64,000 nucleotides of DNA from NCBI GenBank assembly GCA_965240325.2, contig OZ251238.1, positions 868,001 to 932,000 of the forward strand. The letters are read 5' to 3'. The position numbers were made by a program, and so were the translations under genes. This document shows positions 43,521 to 55,293 of this stretch, one piece after another. The stretch is from Rebecca billardiae RCC1528 (lineage: Eukaryota; Protista; Haptophyta). Below the pieces are notes generated by a model. The model did not search any database, was not told the DNA's origin, and saw nothing but the letters and a program-made list of their open reading frames with translations. Numbering within the stretch: position 1 is the stretch's first letter; each line of letters begins with the position of its first letter.

Positions 43521-45927
43521 ATATCTGCGGCTCCGCGCGACGCGCTCGCGCACGTGCCGCGGCGCTTCGGCGGCTCGTCGAAGAGGCGATGCCGTGAGCA
43601 AGCGCTCTCACATCTACTGCCTGTTCTTGGGACCCGTCGTCGCACGGCGTTCCGGATCTCGAGGCGCACACACTGCTGCTGATTCACCCTCCGAGCGCTC
43701 GCGCGGGCCAAGCATGCTGCCCCGTGAACTTCCTCGCCCTCAATGTCCATCGCCGGCGCTCGGGGGAAGGGTGGCGGGTGCGGCCACCTGTTGTTCATTT
43801 CGGATGCCTGCTCGCCTGAATCCGGCTGGCGGGCTCCATGTACCCGTCCCAACACGGCCGCGCGCCCCGACAGCCGCTCGGTGCCGGCTCATCACTCATC
43901 AGGCGCCGCGGCGACCGCGCCCGAGCCCAGACCGGCCAGCGGGGCTGGCACCGGCACCGCGCAGTGCCGGCCCGTCCGACTCCGGCGCGTCAGCGCCAAG
44001 GCTCAGCGTGGGGCCTGGCATCGCCTCAGTATTATGACGCCACTAATCGCACCCGCTGGGAATCGACGACCGCATTTCATGATAGTGAGTCGCAATTCTA
44101 CCGGCCCCGCCGGGCCTCTTGATCATAAACGGTTTGACGAAAGCGGCTCGATGATTTGAGACACTGGCTGATAAGACCTAAAATCTGGGTGCATTTTGAG
44201 CTTTCGTTAATCGCGGCTCACGACTGTGGCGGGAGATTCCAATCTTGCGCTAGGTTTCGGAAGACGTGGCAGTGGGGGAGCGGAGGCGGCGGAGTAGCAC
44301 GTTTTCCCGCGTTTTTTACTTTTTTCCCGCCAGGGCCCAGGGGTGCCTGTCTGGTACTCTCCTCCGGACTGCGCCGCCATCGTTACTCGGCGGGCACAGC
44401 CCTTGAAGCGAGTGCGATGGCGGAGAGCACTCGCGTGAAGCGAGTGCGATGGCGGAGAGTACCAGCCAGGGCCCAGGCCGGGGCCACGAGCCCACGAGCC
44501 ACGACGCTAGATGAGTGTCTCGGCGTTTGCCGCCATCGTCATGAGCTCGCGGCGTACAGTAGGTGCCCGCGAGCGCACGCAGGCTCACACGCTGACGCTG
44601 GCCAGCCAGCGCGATGCAGGCTCTGTGGCAATGCATGTGCGCCCCCTCACTGACACTAGCCTCCCCTGCGTGAGCGCTGGCACGGAAGACGAGTTGCGAC
44701 AGGGCGCGCGCCAGTCGGTGCGGCCTGACAGCTGACGTGCGGACAGCTGTCCTGACCGCCTGAGTTTCCAGATGGTCAGGTGACGTCTGGTCGGTCCGAT
44801 CAGGCTGGCAGCGATGCGCGTACGGGGCTCGCGCACCCTTGGTGCGCAGCTGCGCGTCGCACGCATCACCTCCGTAAACAGATTCCCCAGCCAGACCGTC
44901 GCGCTGCAGATGGTCGTCATAAATGCAGAGAGAGGCTTCCAGGTTGTGACGCCTTAGCGGCTTAGCCGAGTGTGCACATTAATCATCGCTCAGTTGACTG
45001 TTCTGCTCCGCCATCATCGGGCACACGTGGCGGAGCTCGACGATTAGACAACTTACACCGCGACGTACAGCTAACGGCGGTGCTGAGCCGCGGTGTAAGC
45101 CGTAAGGCCGGGTGCTACTGTCAGTTGCTAGTCGGTACTCGGTAGTAACGCCTACTAGTAGAACTGGCATGGCGACCGCGGCGTAACTATCTATGTACTA
45201 CTAAGTACTCTAGCTACATATATATACGTATATAGTACATATGATTACATGGCTCCGGCTTCGGTCCACCCCGCCCCCAGTCCGGTCACTGGAGCGTTAC
45301 ATCTTGACACTGCAATCAATCGGCGGGATCGCCGCCTCTGATGATCTACGATAGCTCCTAGACCACCCCAGGCGGTCCCTTGGACGACATTACGGCCAGA
45401 TGGATCATCAGGCTCCACACCTCCACTAGGTTCAGATGACTCTATTTTCCATAACTAAATACCCAATCCCGGTACCATTTTCGCAAATGTATGCAGGTGC
45501 GTGTCCGGAACGCTCCCGGATTGTGCTGAAATATGAGTAAGGGACGGGTAATTACATATAGTAAAATAGAGTCTGAACCTATTGGGAGGTGGTCGGATGC
45601 GACATTTCTCGTTGAAGTCATCAATCGGGGGAGTAAGTCGGAAGGGACCGCTCTGCAGCTCTGCCGTGCATGGTCCGCTTGGTTGACTTCGGCTGGCACG
45701 GGGCCAAGACGTAACGGAGCTGCCCGAGGTCAGGGGCGGGTGGACCGGACTCCGGAGCCGGAGCCAGATGATGATGATAAGCGTATAAATACTACGGTCG
45801 ATCTCAGAGTCTCTGCTGTTCAACGACAACATTCACAGTTGCCGCTCAGTCAAGTAGTCAGTTGCGCTGTTGCGCCGACGGTAGTCAGGTAGACGGCGCG
45901 GCTCAGAGTACAGGGTCAACCAGGTTA

Positions 45928-46436
45928 CAGGCAATCGCGGGCAATAAGGAGCTGTCACGTTAAGAAACTGGGGCTTGCTATCTGCGGATCTGGCCTAGAA
46001 ACCGAGACTAGCGATTGGCTGGTTCGCTATACGCATAGTCACACTAAGAAACCGGGACTACGTCGTCCCGGCTGACGAGTGGTCCGCCGAGGGCGAGGCG
46101 CAGTCGGCCCGTCGGGGACGCGGCGCGCGGCCCGACTACGAGTACAGGCCAAGTCCCGACTTCTCCTGATGACTGACTCCTGGCCAGTGCGCCGCAGCAT
46201 CCATGCAACATCATATATGCCAGATTTGCTCCAAAAAGGCCCAAAATTTTCTTCGGCCTCGCCGGCCGGGCCTAAAGACTCAGCGGGGGGCTCTGCCCCC
46301 CTGCGCCCCCCGCGCCTGCGCGGCGGGCGGGACCTAGCTAAGAAACTGAGACTCCGTAGGCGCTCGGGCTACCGAACGGCTAAGAAACCGAGGCTAGCCG
46401 TGAGATCTCTGACTTCTTATTGCCCGCGATTGTCTG
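45928..46436. mobile_element. MITE family A, intact 509-bp copy, ~21-bp TIRs, TA TSD (Tc1/mariner-like)
   Basis: TA|CAGGCAATCGCGGGCAATAAG ... CTTATTGCCCGCGATTGTCTG|TA. Five subterminal TAAGAAACYGRGRCT-like motifs. Internal GGGGGGCTCTGCCCCCC hairpin. Confidence 0.9.
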
Positions 46437-46504
46437 TAGACAGCACTTAGACTCGGGTGCCGCGAGGGTTATATTGGCGGCATACTTTGCAGCTTCAGCG
46501 CGTC

Positions 46505-47614
46505 TCAGATGACGCGGTCAGTCTCAACGTCGCTGGCCGCCGTTGTGAGCCGACGGCCACACGTGACGATGCTGGGGATCATGACCGTTGAGCCAGCCTC
46601 TCCGCGTGCAAACCAACGCGCCGCTTCTCGCCGAGCGCGCTCGACAGTCAGGTGGGAGAGTGCGCCGAGCTCGGCGAGCGGTTGCAGCCGATCCGCGTCC
46701 AGGAACGGCCTGAACCGGCCGAGCCCATGCTCGACCGAGTCCGAGCTGGCAAGTGCTGCGCGGACGTGGACGCCGCCGAAGCCTGCTCGGCGCAGCAGCT
46801 TGGGCAGCTTCCGGCCCACCAGCCGGTTGCCGCCGCGCGCGAGCTGGAGCGCTGACAGCTTGGCGGCGTGTCGTGCAAATGTCGCGATCGGTGGCTGAAT
46901 GATTGCGCCAAGACCGTCATCGACGTCGATGAGCGCCACGGTACCACCCGGCCGCAGCATCAGGCGCAGCGCATCCACGAGCCGGTGCGGCTGTGGCACG
47001 TGCTGCAGCACGTACCGCACGAGCGCAAAATCGAAGCGGGCGTGCGCGCCGAGCGCGTGCCCGCCTGCGCTGCGATGGCCGAACGGGGGGCACGCGCGCG
47101 TCGCGTCGGCGTGGGCCGTGGACCAGCGACCTGCTGCGCCCACCCGCTGCAAGTTCCGGCGCGCGTACGTGATCATGCGTGGGTCCGCATCGATGCACGT
47201 CACGTGCGCACGCGGAAACGCGAGCAGCAGGATTCTGGCCACGTCGCCGCCGCCACACCCAATGTCTGCGATGCGCATGCCGTCCCGCAGGTGGCACGTG
47301 CGCTCGAGGATCTCCAGCTCGGCAGGAAATGCAACGTCAGCCTGAGCGCGCAGCCTACGAAGCTCGCGCCGCGCGCTCGAGCTCATGCGCTCGGGGTCGT
47401 ACGAATGGTCGTACGAATGGTTGCGTGCTCTCCACGCGAGGTCCACTCGCTCGTGCTGGGCACGCGCCGAGATTGGCCGCGCCACGCCTACGGGCGCGGG
47501 CCGATCAGCTGCTGCCGTGCACGCCGGGCGGTCATAATACCGGGCGGCCGCCAGCCACGACGCCACCGCGGCCACCAAGGAGGGCAGGACGTGCCATGAC
47601 GGACGCGGGGACAT
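46505..47614 (-). CDS. SAM-dependent methyltransferase (UbiE/Methyltransf_31-like) with N-terminal signal anchor
   Basis: IADIGCGGG, VTCIDAD, FDFALVRYVLQHVP, LRPGGTVALID, VGRKLPKLLRRAGF. Confidence 0.88.
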   Translation of the reverse strand: MSPRPSWHVLPSLVAAVASWLAAARYYDRPACTAAADRPAPVGVARPISARAQHERVDLAWRARNHSYDHSYDPERMSSSARRELRRLRAQADVAFPAELEILERTCHLRDGMRIADIGCGGGDVARILLLAFPRAHVTCIDADPRMITYARRNLQRVGAAGRWSTAHADATRACPPFGHRSAGGHALGAHARFDFALVRYVLQHVPQPHRLVDALRLMLRPGGTVALIDVDDGLGAIIQPPIATFARHAAKLSALQLARGGNRLVGRKLPKLLRRAGFGGVHVRAALASSDSVEHGLGRFRPFLDADRLQPLAELGALSHLTVERARREAARWFARGEAGSTVMIPSIVTCGRRLTTAASDVETDRVI

Positions 47615-47703
47615 GGAGAGAAAAGTTACCCGTTGTCCGGTTGTTTCTCGAATTCCCGCAGCACACTACGCAAAGGTTGTGGAAAGGCGGGGCGCAGGTG
47701 GGC

Positions 47704-48408
47704 ATGGCTCCGCCAGCTCGCGTCGTGGTGGCCACGGCTTGGTTGCTCGGCGCCTTGAGGCGATGCTCCGCCTGGTGCAACGCGACGACGTGCGATGCGT
47801 GCGTGGCCAACGATGATGACGGCGTCGAGTACGGCCGTGGCTGCGAGTGGTGCATGGATGGACCGCCAGAACAGCATGTCTGCTTCAACTACTTTGCGCC
47901 CGGCGGCAGTACGTTCTGCAAGCGCTACGCGCTCTTAAACCAGTGCGGGCGAATGGGAGACGAGCGAGACAGAAAGCTCATCCCGGAATGGCTGCCGATC
48001 GCCGGCGCGCTCACGCTCGGCGTTCTGGCAGCGGTCATCTGCGGCCTTGCCGCGTTCTGGAAGCGGTCAACGCTGCCCGGGCGCGCCCAAGCGTGGCTGC
48101 GGAGTGGAAGGCGTTCGAGTGAACCTCCGCATGACCACGACGTCGACCTCGATGCAGAGACCGCCGCGCGGTGGCAGGCGTTCGAGTGGACCTCCGCCTT
48201 GTCATCATCACAGCCAACTTGGGCCACCGTCGACGCAGATGGAGAGCCGTGCGTGGTTTGCCTGCAGCGGCCGCGCTCGCAGGTGCTCTACCCGTGTGGT
48301 CATCGCGTGTGCTGCGAGCCCTGTGCACGGCAGGTGCGCGCACAGCTTCAGCCCAAATGCCCGATATGCAGGCGACCAGTGCGCGATCACCTGCGCGTCT
48401 ACGGGTAA
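47704..48408 (+). CDS. Type I membrane E3 ligase: signal peptide - PSI domain - TM - C-terminal RING-HC
   Basis: 8-Cys PSI pattern CNATTCDAC...CEWC...C...C...C, TM LPIAGALTLGVLAAVICGLAAFW, RING CVVC...PCGHRVCCEPC...KCPICR. Confidence 0.85.
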   Translation: MAPPARVVVATAWLLGALRRCSAWCNATTCDACVANDDDGVEYGRGCEWCMDGPPEQHVCFNYFAPGGSTFCKRYALLNQCGRMGDERDRKLIPEWLPIAGALTLGVLAAVICGLAAFWKRSTLPGRAQAWLRSGRRSSEPPHDHDVDLDAETAARWQAFEWTSALSSSQPTWATVDADGEPCVVCLQRPRSQVLYPCGHRVCCEPCARQVRAQLQPKCPICRRPVRDHLRVYG

Positions 48409-48984
48409 AGGCGGTCCGGCGGCGACTACAACGGCGGCAGGCGACGACGATCAATATTCAATTCCGAGCGATGATGACGCGGTCGTCGTTCATGTCCCGC
48501 GAGCTGCTCATCGACAGCATTCTCGTCGCCGGCGGAGTCCGCGCTGAATTCTTAATGCTCGCAGACGAATATTGGCCAATATCAGCATAGTAAGTAGCAC
48601 TGCATGATGTCACGTACCGTGAGTGACCGTCGCGTGGCCGCCCGAGAGCCTTGGCGGACTCGTTAATGCGGGTATCTGTGATGATGGGATTGTCCGGGTC
48701 ATTCCAGACCCGCCGGGACCCGGACCCGGTACAGTCTGGCGGTACCAGCTACTAACAGTACAAGCTAGCCAATCAAGTATCGTCAGCAGCAGATCGAGCG
48801 GCTCTGCTCGCGGCTGCTGTGAGCCGTGGCGCTGCTGGGCGGGCACACTGTATAGTTGAAACATGGCGGCGCCGCTTCATTCATCTAATTAATCTATTCG
48901 TCGTCGTTGTTTAATTAATAATCTATTCTGCTGCTTATCCTTTGTGATATTGTCCGTCCGCCACGGGTACTAACTATCTCTCTG

Positions 48985-48985
<1 letters not shown>

Positions 48986-49028
<43 letters not shown>
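48986..49028. repeat. (TA)n microsatellite
   Basis: Direct reading. Confidence 0.95.
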
Positions 49029-49033
<5 letters not shown>

Positions 49034-49320
49034 TATATTCCGCCTTTGTCTGCGTCTTCAAAGTTTCTCTTGATATTACTATGGTGCCGGCGGCGGACGT
49101 ATACCTTATTATTAGGACGCGGACCTCACAGGACCTGGATCGGTATACGTACCGTATATATATAGTACCGGGCCCGGGCCCCTGACGTTGAACCTAGGCC
49201 CGCACCGTGCCAGGGCCGTGCTGCGGTCCGCCAGTTCAGTGCGCCCAACCGCGCCATGAACCGGTGCGACTGCGTCACAAGCCTCTCGCAATGAAGGCGT
49301 AGAGGCCTGCCCGATCGCGG

Positions 49321-50552
49321 TCAGACGGCGTGCTTTGAGCCTGCGTCCGGGATGCCAGTCGAGCGCACGCCGCGCTGCACGAGTAGCACGACACCAAGAA
49401 CGATGGCGGCGAGCGATAAGCTCCAGCCAAGGAGCTCCGACGCCGACTGTGGCAGTGGCTCGGCGAGCGCGATGAGGCCGATGAGCACGCCCGTCGCGAT
49501 CGTCGAGATCGCTGCGTACGTGCACACGACGACTGCGCGGCCGTCCTTCAGCCCGCGCGACTGCAAAAAGAACCCGCCTGCGGTGATGAGCACGGACAGA
49601 CCGACACCCACGGGGATGCACAGCGGCGAGCCGAGCTGTCTGCTCAGCACGAGCGCTGCACGCGAGGCCGCTGCGGAGAGCCCGAAGAGTAGACCACCCT
49701 GCGCGCGTGGAGCGCGGGGCGGCCGCGGGGCGCATCGCTCGGACCACCTGGCCACCCGGCGGCGCCAGTGCGGCGCACCGCGAGCCGCGCGCGCCCTGGC
49801 ACTGCGCGCACCTGCACGCCTGTGCCCAGCTCATGCAGCGCACGCGCTCTCGGAGACAGCTCAACGATCGACCCGCGCGCGTGGATTGCTCTGACTAAGA
49901 GCTCGAGGCCAGCGAGGGTGAGCACCATCGCGGCCAGCAGCGCCAGCCCGGCCCAGCGCAGCCTCAGCTCATCATCGTCGCGCGTCGGCGTGACGAACGT
50001 GCCAACGCCAATCGTGCCCATCGCTGCGACCGCGACGCCCAGCCACTCGATGCGGCGCAGCTCCTCGCGCAGGTAGGCGTGCGAGAAGACGGCGAGCACG
50101 GCCATCCCACTGCCTGCGATCGGTTGCACCTGCGCGTGCGGGCAAGGGCGGCCGCGTCGGCGCGCCAGCACGAGCCGCGCGCGCACAGGGAGCCGTGAGC
50201 TCAGGCACGCGCTCGGTGCCATACGCAGGCCGCATCCAGCATGCGCACGCACCACCGACAATGGCGCCTGCTGGAGCGCGAAGAGCATGAGCACGGCCCC
50301 ACTGACATCGAGCACGAAGCCCAGCCGCCATGTCGAGTGCCGTGCGTAAGCTGCGAGCACCTTGCGCTCGAGGCTCATGCGCGGCAGGTCGGCCGTGCCG
50401 CGTTTCTGTAGCGCCTTACCAATGTTGTTCCCGGCGGAGGCGAGCACGGCGAGGACAAGGCCGAGCGAGTGCGATGCTGCGTCAGCTGCCGCCACAGCTG
50501 CGGCGGCTGCGTCTGGAGGCACGCCGCTGCCTGCCGAGTCAACGGCAGACAT
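49321..50552 (-). CDS. NIPA-family (DMT) putative magnesium transporter, plant NIPA9-like, 3 exons
   Basis: [91 protein letters not shown]. Introns 50252-50130 and 49811-49699. Confidence 0.87.
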
Positions 50553-50610
50553 CGCCGGAAAGGTTAAAGGCCAACGCGAGGTCAACGATCGGCGGTCGCC
50601 ATCGTTCGAG

Positions 50611-51027
50611 ATGGCACAGCCGCTAAGCGGCATGCCGAAGATCGTCGAGAAGGAGAACGGCGACAAGGTCGAATACGCGCTCCCCGAGGAGCTGCGCGAG
50701 CTTGCCTCCCCGCTGATCATTGACGTTCGAGATCTGATCGAAGTCGAGGGGAAGCTCGGGGGCGAGCCGCTCCCGGGCTCAGTGAACGTGCCGCTGAACA
50801 TGGACGGTGTGAAGCAGTCAGAGCGCGCGACGACGCTCGACGAGTTCCGCGCCAAGCTCGACGCGGCTGGCTGCCTGCCGGAGGACAAGGCGACTGGGAT
50901 CATCACGCACTGTAAGGGCGGTGGCCGAGGATTCAAGAGCGCCGTGTTCCTGCGCGAGATGGGCTACACGAATGTGCACAACGGCGGTGGCCCGAGCGAA
51001 ATTCGTGCCGCTCTCGCTGGCACCTGA
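50611..51027 (+). CDS. Single-domain rhodanese (sulfurtransferase, PspE/GlpE-like)
   Basis: IIDVR..E, LPGSVNVPL, IITHCKGGGRG active-site loop, LREMGYTNVHNGGG. Confidence 0.9.
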   Translation: MAQPLSGMPKIVEKENGDKVEYALPEELRELASPLIIDVRDLIEVEGKLGGEPLPGSVNVPLNMDGVKQSERATTLDEFRAKLDAAGCLPEDKATGIITHCKGGGRGFKSAVFLREMGYTNVHNGGGPSEIRAALAGT

Positions 51028-52025
51028 TGGCGAGGTCGCTGAGCACGCGACAGCTCGTGGCCTGCATGCCTGTGCAAATAGTGCACTGGGCGGCAGCCAC
51101 TACAGCATGCCGAGCGCGACAACCGTGCCGAGTCCCATCGAAGTGACTGCATGCTGGGCGAGCTCCGGCTAGCTGGCAGATGAGCACCTCGTCCTCCTCC
51201 GACGTGCAGCGGTACACTCGTCCTCCTCCGAGCCGTACCGCTGTACGGCGTACAGCGGTACACTCGGTATTCAGCCCCGGGAAGACGGCCGGTACTACAC
51301 GGTACTACGGTATACCGTATATATAGTCGGTATCATCAGAAATAAGCCGTAGTAGCCCGTACCGTACTATACAGTTCTAGCGCTGCCGCTGCACGATTGC
51401 GTCTGCCCACGGCGTCTGCGTCAGCGCCAGCGGTCCCGCTAATAAGAGTAAGCGGTCCGACTCGGGACGCCGGCTCGGGTCCGAGACCTCGCGGCCAGAC
51501 GGGCTGATTCGGCGAACACTTGAAGCCGCCGCGCAGCATACATGAATCACCGTCGTCACTCTGCTCGTCCAGTCGCGCAATCGCGTCCAAAGACGGCCCA
51601 GCACGTTGATGACGCCGTAGCTCATCGCCAGTCCGCAGTCGTACTCGTAGACGCAGTCAGGGAGGCCGCGCACACGCGGCAGGATCGTTGTGCGTGATGA
51701 CGATCAGGAAGGTGATGACGTGAGCCGTGCCGCAGTGGACTGCATGTAGTGCCACGATGAGTCGTAGAGGAGAAGTGATGCGCGATGAGGATGGAGAGCC
51801 GTCTGCAGCAGTGAACTGCGTCACCAAGACACGGACTGCCCTCCGATCACCGATGGCGTTCACCGATGGCTCTCTCCTTCTGGCCGTGAAAGTTCTGCTG
51901 GCGCGCGCGAGTGCGCAGGTGCAACCGGTCGCAGCGACGAGGCGCCGGCGACGCGGCTGCCAGGATGCGGCCGACAGCGTGCGCACGCTGTGGGCCCTAG
52001 CTCGCGCTCGGCCCGCTGCCATCCG

Positions 52026-53096
52026 TCACTGCGGCGCGGCGCCGCCCGACGGCGCACTCGCCTCCGGCGGCTCGCGGCAGACCAGGTTGATGTCGCGCAG
52101 TCGCCACGCGATCGGGTGTTCCACCTCGTCCTCCTCCGTGGCTGTGTCGCTCGCGTCGTCCGCCGCGTCAGCGAAGATGCCCTCTCGCGGGGCCGCCTCG
52201 CCCCTTTCCGCGCGCATCGCCCGCACCCACCGCACGTAGTGGCCGAACGAGTGCCATCGCCCCACAAACGTGAGCAGTACCTCCGACTCCCGCAGAGGCG
52301 CGTCCGCCGCGGCGGTAGCGGCACTGTCGGCAGCGGCGGCAGCTGGGCCCGCGGAGTTCGACGAGGGCTCTTGCTCCTCGGCCGGCGTGCCCGCATCCTC
52401 GGCGGGCGTACCCGCGGCCTGCGTGCCCGCGTCCTCGGCCGCCTCCGCCGCGCCCACCTCCGCCGCGCCCGCCTCCGCCGCGCCCGCCAGCTCGGGCACC
52501 AGCGCGAAGCGCTCCTTGCTCTTAATCAGCACGTGCGTCACCGTCGCCGCCCACGACAGGTCCGAGTCCATGAAGATGACCTCGACGTCGGCGGAGTCGA
52601 TGCTGATGGCCGGGCGCATGCCCGCGTCCGCGCACGCGCTCCGCGTTTGGCGCATGTACGCGGCGATCTCCGGCTCGACAGCACCCGCCTCCTCAAGCTC
52701 GTCGATGGCATGCGTGCCCGCACAGTACCGGTCCGCAAGCTGCTCGTACACGGCGTCGACGCCGGAAAGTAGGCTGTTGAACGTGCCGAGGAGGAACTCG
52801 CCGTCAGCCGCGCCCACGAGGCGCACCATCTCGCGGTACTCGGGGCTCGTCATGTACCGCCACGGCGAGCGCACCGCGGTGAGCGCTGTACGCGCGAATT
52901 GCACGCCCTCAACGCGCGCCTCGTTGTAGGCGGCGCCCTCTTCGCGCAGCGCGTCGACAGTCTCGCGAAGAAATGCGCGCCGCTCAACCGAGTCTGCGAA
53001 CCCCCACGTCGGCAGCGCCGCCGCCGGCCCCGGCCCCGCGCCGCTGCTCAGGAGGCGGCGTACACTGATGCGAAGCAGCGAGCGACGCGCCATCAT
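52026..53096 (-). CDS. Mitochondrial Tim44-like (MAIP1/Mba1-like) domain protein
   Basis: Presequence MMARRSLLRISVRRLLSS, FLLG...VYEQL, THVLIKSKERF, LLTF..., terminal WRLRDIN. Confidence 0.6.
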   Translation of the reverse strand: MMARRSLLRISVRRLLSSGAGPGPAAALPTWGFADSVERRAFLRETVDALREEGAAYNEARVEGVQFARTALTAVRSPWRYMTSPEYREMVRLVGAADGEFLLGTFNSLLSGVDAVYEQLADRYCAGTHAIDELEEAGAVEPEIAAYMRQTRSACADAGMRPAISIDSADVEVIFMDSDLSWAATVTHVLIKSKERFALVPELAGAAEAGAAEVGAAEAAEDAGTQAAGTPAEDAGTPAEEQEPSSNSAGPAAAAADSAATAAADAPLRESEVLLTFVGRWHSFGHYVRWVRAMRAERGEAAPREGIFADAADDASDTATEEDEVEHPIAWRLRDINLVCREPPEASAPSGGAAPQ

Positions 53097-53258
53097 TTCG
53101 ACGAGAAAGAAGAGACGATGGCGTTCCCCGCCCTTGCGTCCCCGGTAGCTAGCGGTCGGAGCCGGCCGGACTTATCCGGATCGTTTTGCCCCGCTGAAGG
53201 CTGAAAGCCACCGTTGGCCACGGCTGGTGAGCAAGCGCGGCGTCGTTTGAGCGGAGCC

Positions 53259-54868
53259 ATGCTTGCCTCAGCGGCGCCGACGGACGTCTTCGCGGTTGCG
53301 CGCGGCCACGCGACAGATCTGGCGGCGTCCGACCATGGCCACCAGACCGACTTCCACCCGCAGCTCGCGCGCGGCGTGGCGGCCATCGTGCACCGCATCT
53401 CGGACGGCACCGGGGCCGGGGCCGTCACGGTGTGCGCGACAGCGGTACGCGAGCTCTGCTCGCTGCTCGATCGCTTCGCGCCAAGCTTGCAGGTGGCGAT
53501 GATGTCGGTGAATGTGGTGTTCCCAGCGCTCCCGCTCGACGGCGTGCCGCTCGCCCTGCAGTGCGAGTGGATCAGCTGGCTCGCTGCGACCCAGCCGCGT
53601 GTCAGCGGCTTTCGCGAGGCGGAGGCGCATATCAACGCCGCCCGCCGCTTCCTCGAGGCGCCGGCGCCCACGCGCGCCGACGGCCAAGGCGCGGGAACGC
53701 CGGTGCTCTGGTCTCGCGCGCTTGCCTGCGCGCTCGTGCCCGGCTGGGCCCGCGCGCTCAGCCCGAAGTCCAAGCACGTCGGCGCGCAGGTCGCCATCAC
53801 CGTACGCAACCTGTGCTCCGTCCTGAGCGAGTGCTCGCACGCCGCGGAGTCCGGCACGCCCGCGGTCTCGCCGGCGGAGCGGCTGTGTGCCGTCGTCGCG
53901 CTCAACTCTACCGTGTCCGTCGTGCGCCGCTGGACGCTCGCGAGCGGCGACGGCACGCGCGCGCCCGCCGCTCCCGTGCCAGCGCTTGCCCGCACGGGCT
54001 GGCAGCAGGAGCTCCTAACGGCCGCAGTGCACGTGCTGCTCGACCTGCTGCCGCCGCGCTGCGCCGGGCACCTGCTCGAGGGCTCGCTCTGCCTCGCCGC
54101 CGCCGTCGGCCTCTCCCACCTCCTCGAGCGCTCGCCCTCGACGCTGCACGAGATCGAGGCAATGCGGGTGATGCGCGCGCACGGTGCGTTCTCCGCGCGC
54201 CCTGCGGAGCAGCTCGCGCCGCCGGGCTTCCAGCCGGGCCCGAAAAGCGTGTCGCAGCGCATCGTGCAGTCGTGCGTCGAGACGTGCATACCGGTGTGCG
54301 CGCGCGCGCGCGAGCGCGCGCGTCACTCGTGTACGCACGTCAGCGTGAACACCCTGCGTCACCGCGACCACACCGCGCACCCGCGCGTGCGCCGTGCGTG
54401 CAGGGCAAAGGCTTGGCGTGCGCAGAGGCTGGGTTGGTGCTCCTCAGCGCGATCGACGGGCCGCTTTGGGATTCCCTCCTCGCGGTAGTGCCTGGCGATG
54501 CCCTCGAGCTCGCTGGGCTGCTGCAACAGCTGCACTGGCAGGACACGTCCGGGCGGGCAGTGCCGCTGCAGCCCACCATGCGCGCGCTCGCGGAGCGGCT
54601 GCTGTACGGCTTCATGGAGCACGTGTGCGCGCTGCACCGCGACGTATGCGCGCAGTCCATCACGGCCTCGGATCACCTCCTGCTCCTGCCTCTACTCACG
54701 ACCTCCGAGCTCACGCGTGAGTCGCTCGAGTGCGCGACCGTCTTCTACACCTCCGCGCACAACCTCACGCGCGGCAAGCTCGCTGCTGCGGCTGCGGCCG
54801 GCGCCGTGCCACTGCTGCCAGTGCCCCGCGGCGCCCCCGCGAGCGCAGGCTCCACAGCAAGCCAGTGA
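53259..54868 (+). CDS. Hypothetical helical (ARM/HEAT-like) protein, intron 54294-54403
   Basis: CCG|GTGTG...GTGCAG|GGC joins two long ORFs in frame. Leu/Ala-rich helical composition. Confidence 0.65.
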
Positions 54869-55293
54869 ATTCATATGGGGGCATGATGAAGGTTGAAGCA
54901 TTGTGACAGTGCGGCAGCTCGCGCGCGCGGCATCAGGCCGCATGCGGTTCGCGCCACCGTTGCACCGTTCGGCATCATCAGCCAGATCATGCCCTGACTC
55001 CTGAGACGCTAGCGAATATCAAACACGATATTCTGGCCATCGGGAGGCAATATCTTGTCAGGGGCAAGTAGTTCCACGCGGGAGTAGTCTCGTGCGAGGC
55101 GGCCGGCCCCTCGTGCATCGGCTCGGGGCGCGCCTGAAGCTGCCATGGTGAGCCTGTCCGTCGCCTACGCGATGACCACACACTCGCCAATTCCCGGTTT
55201 CGTACCAAGCAATGATGAGAATTGCGGGTGGGCAAGGGGTGGGGATTTTCTTTTCCGAAAATGCTGCTGACCTAGCAGCACCATCATTACACG

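Noticed and set aside
44400-45900. Short ORFs and a 32-bp-period tandem duplication (44404-44462)
   Set aside because: No coding bias or motifs; the duplication is minor.
51377-52022. Short minus-strand ORFs downstream of the Tim44-like gene
   Set aside because: No ATG or splice support and no recognisable domain.
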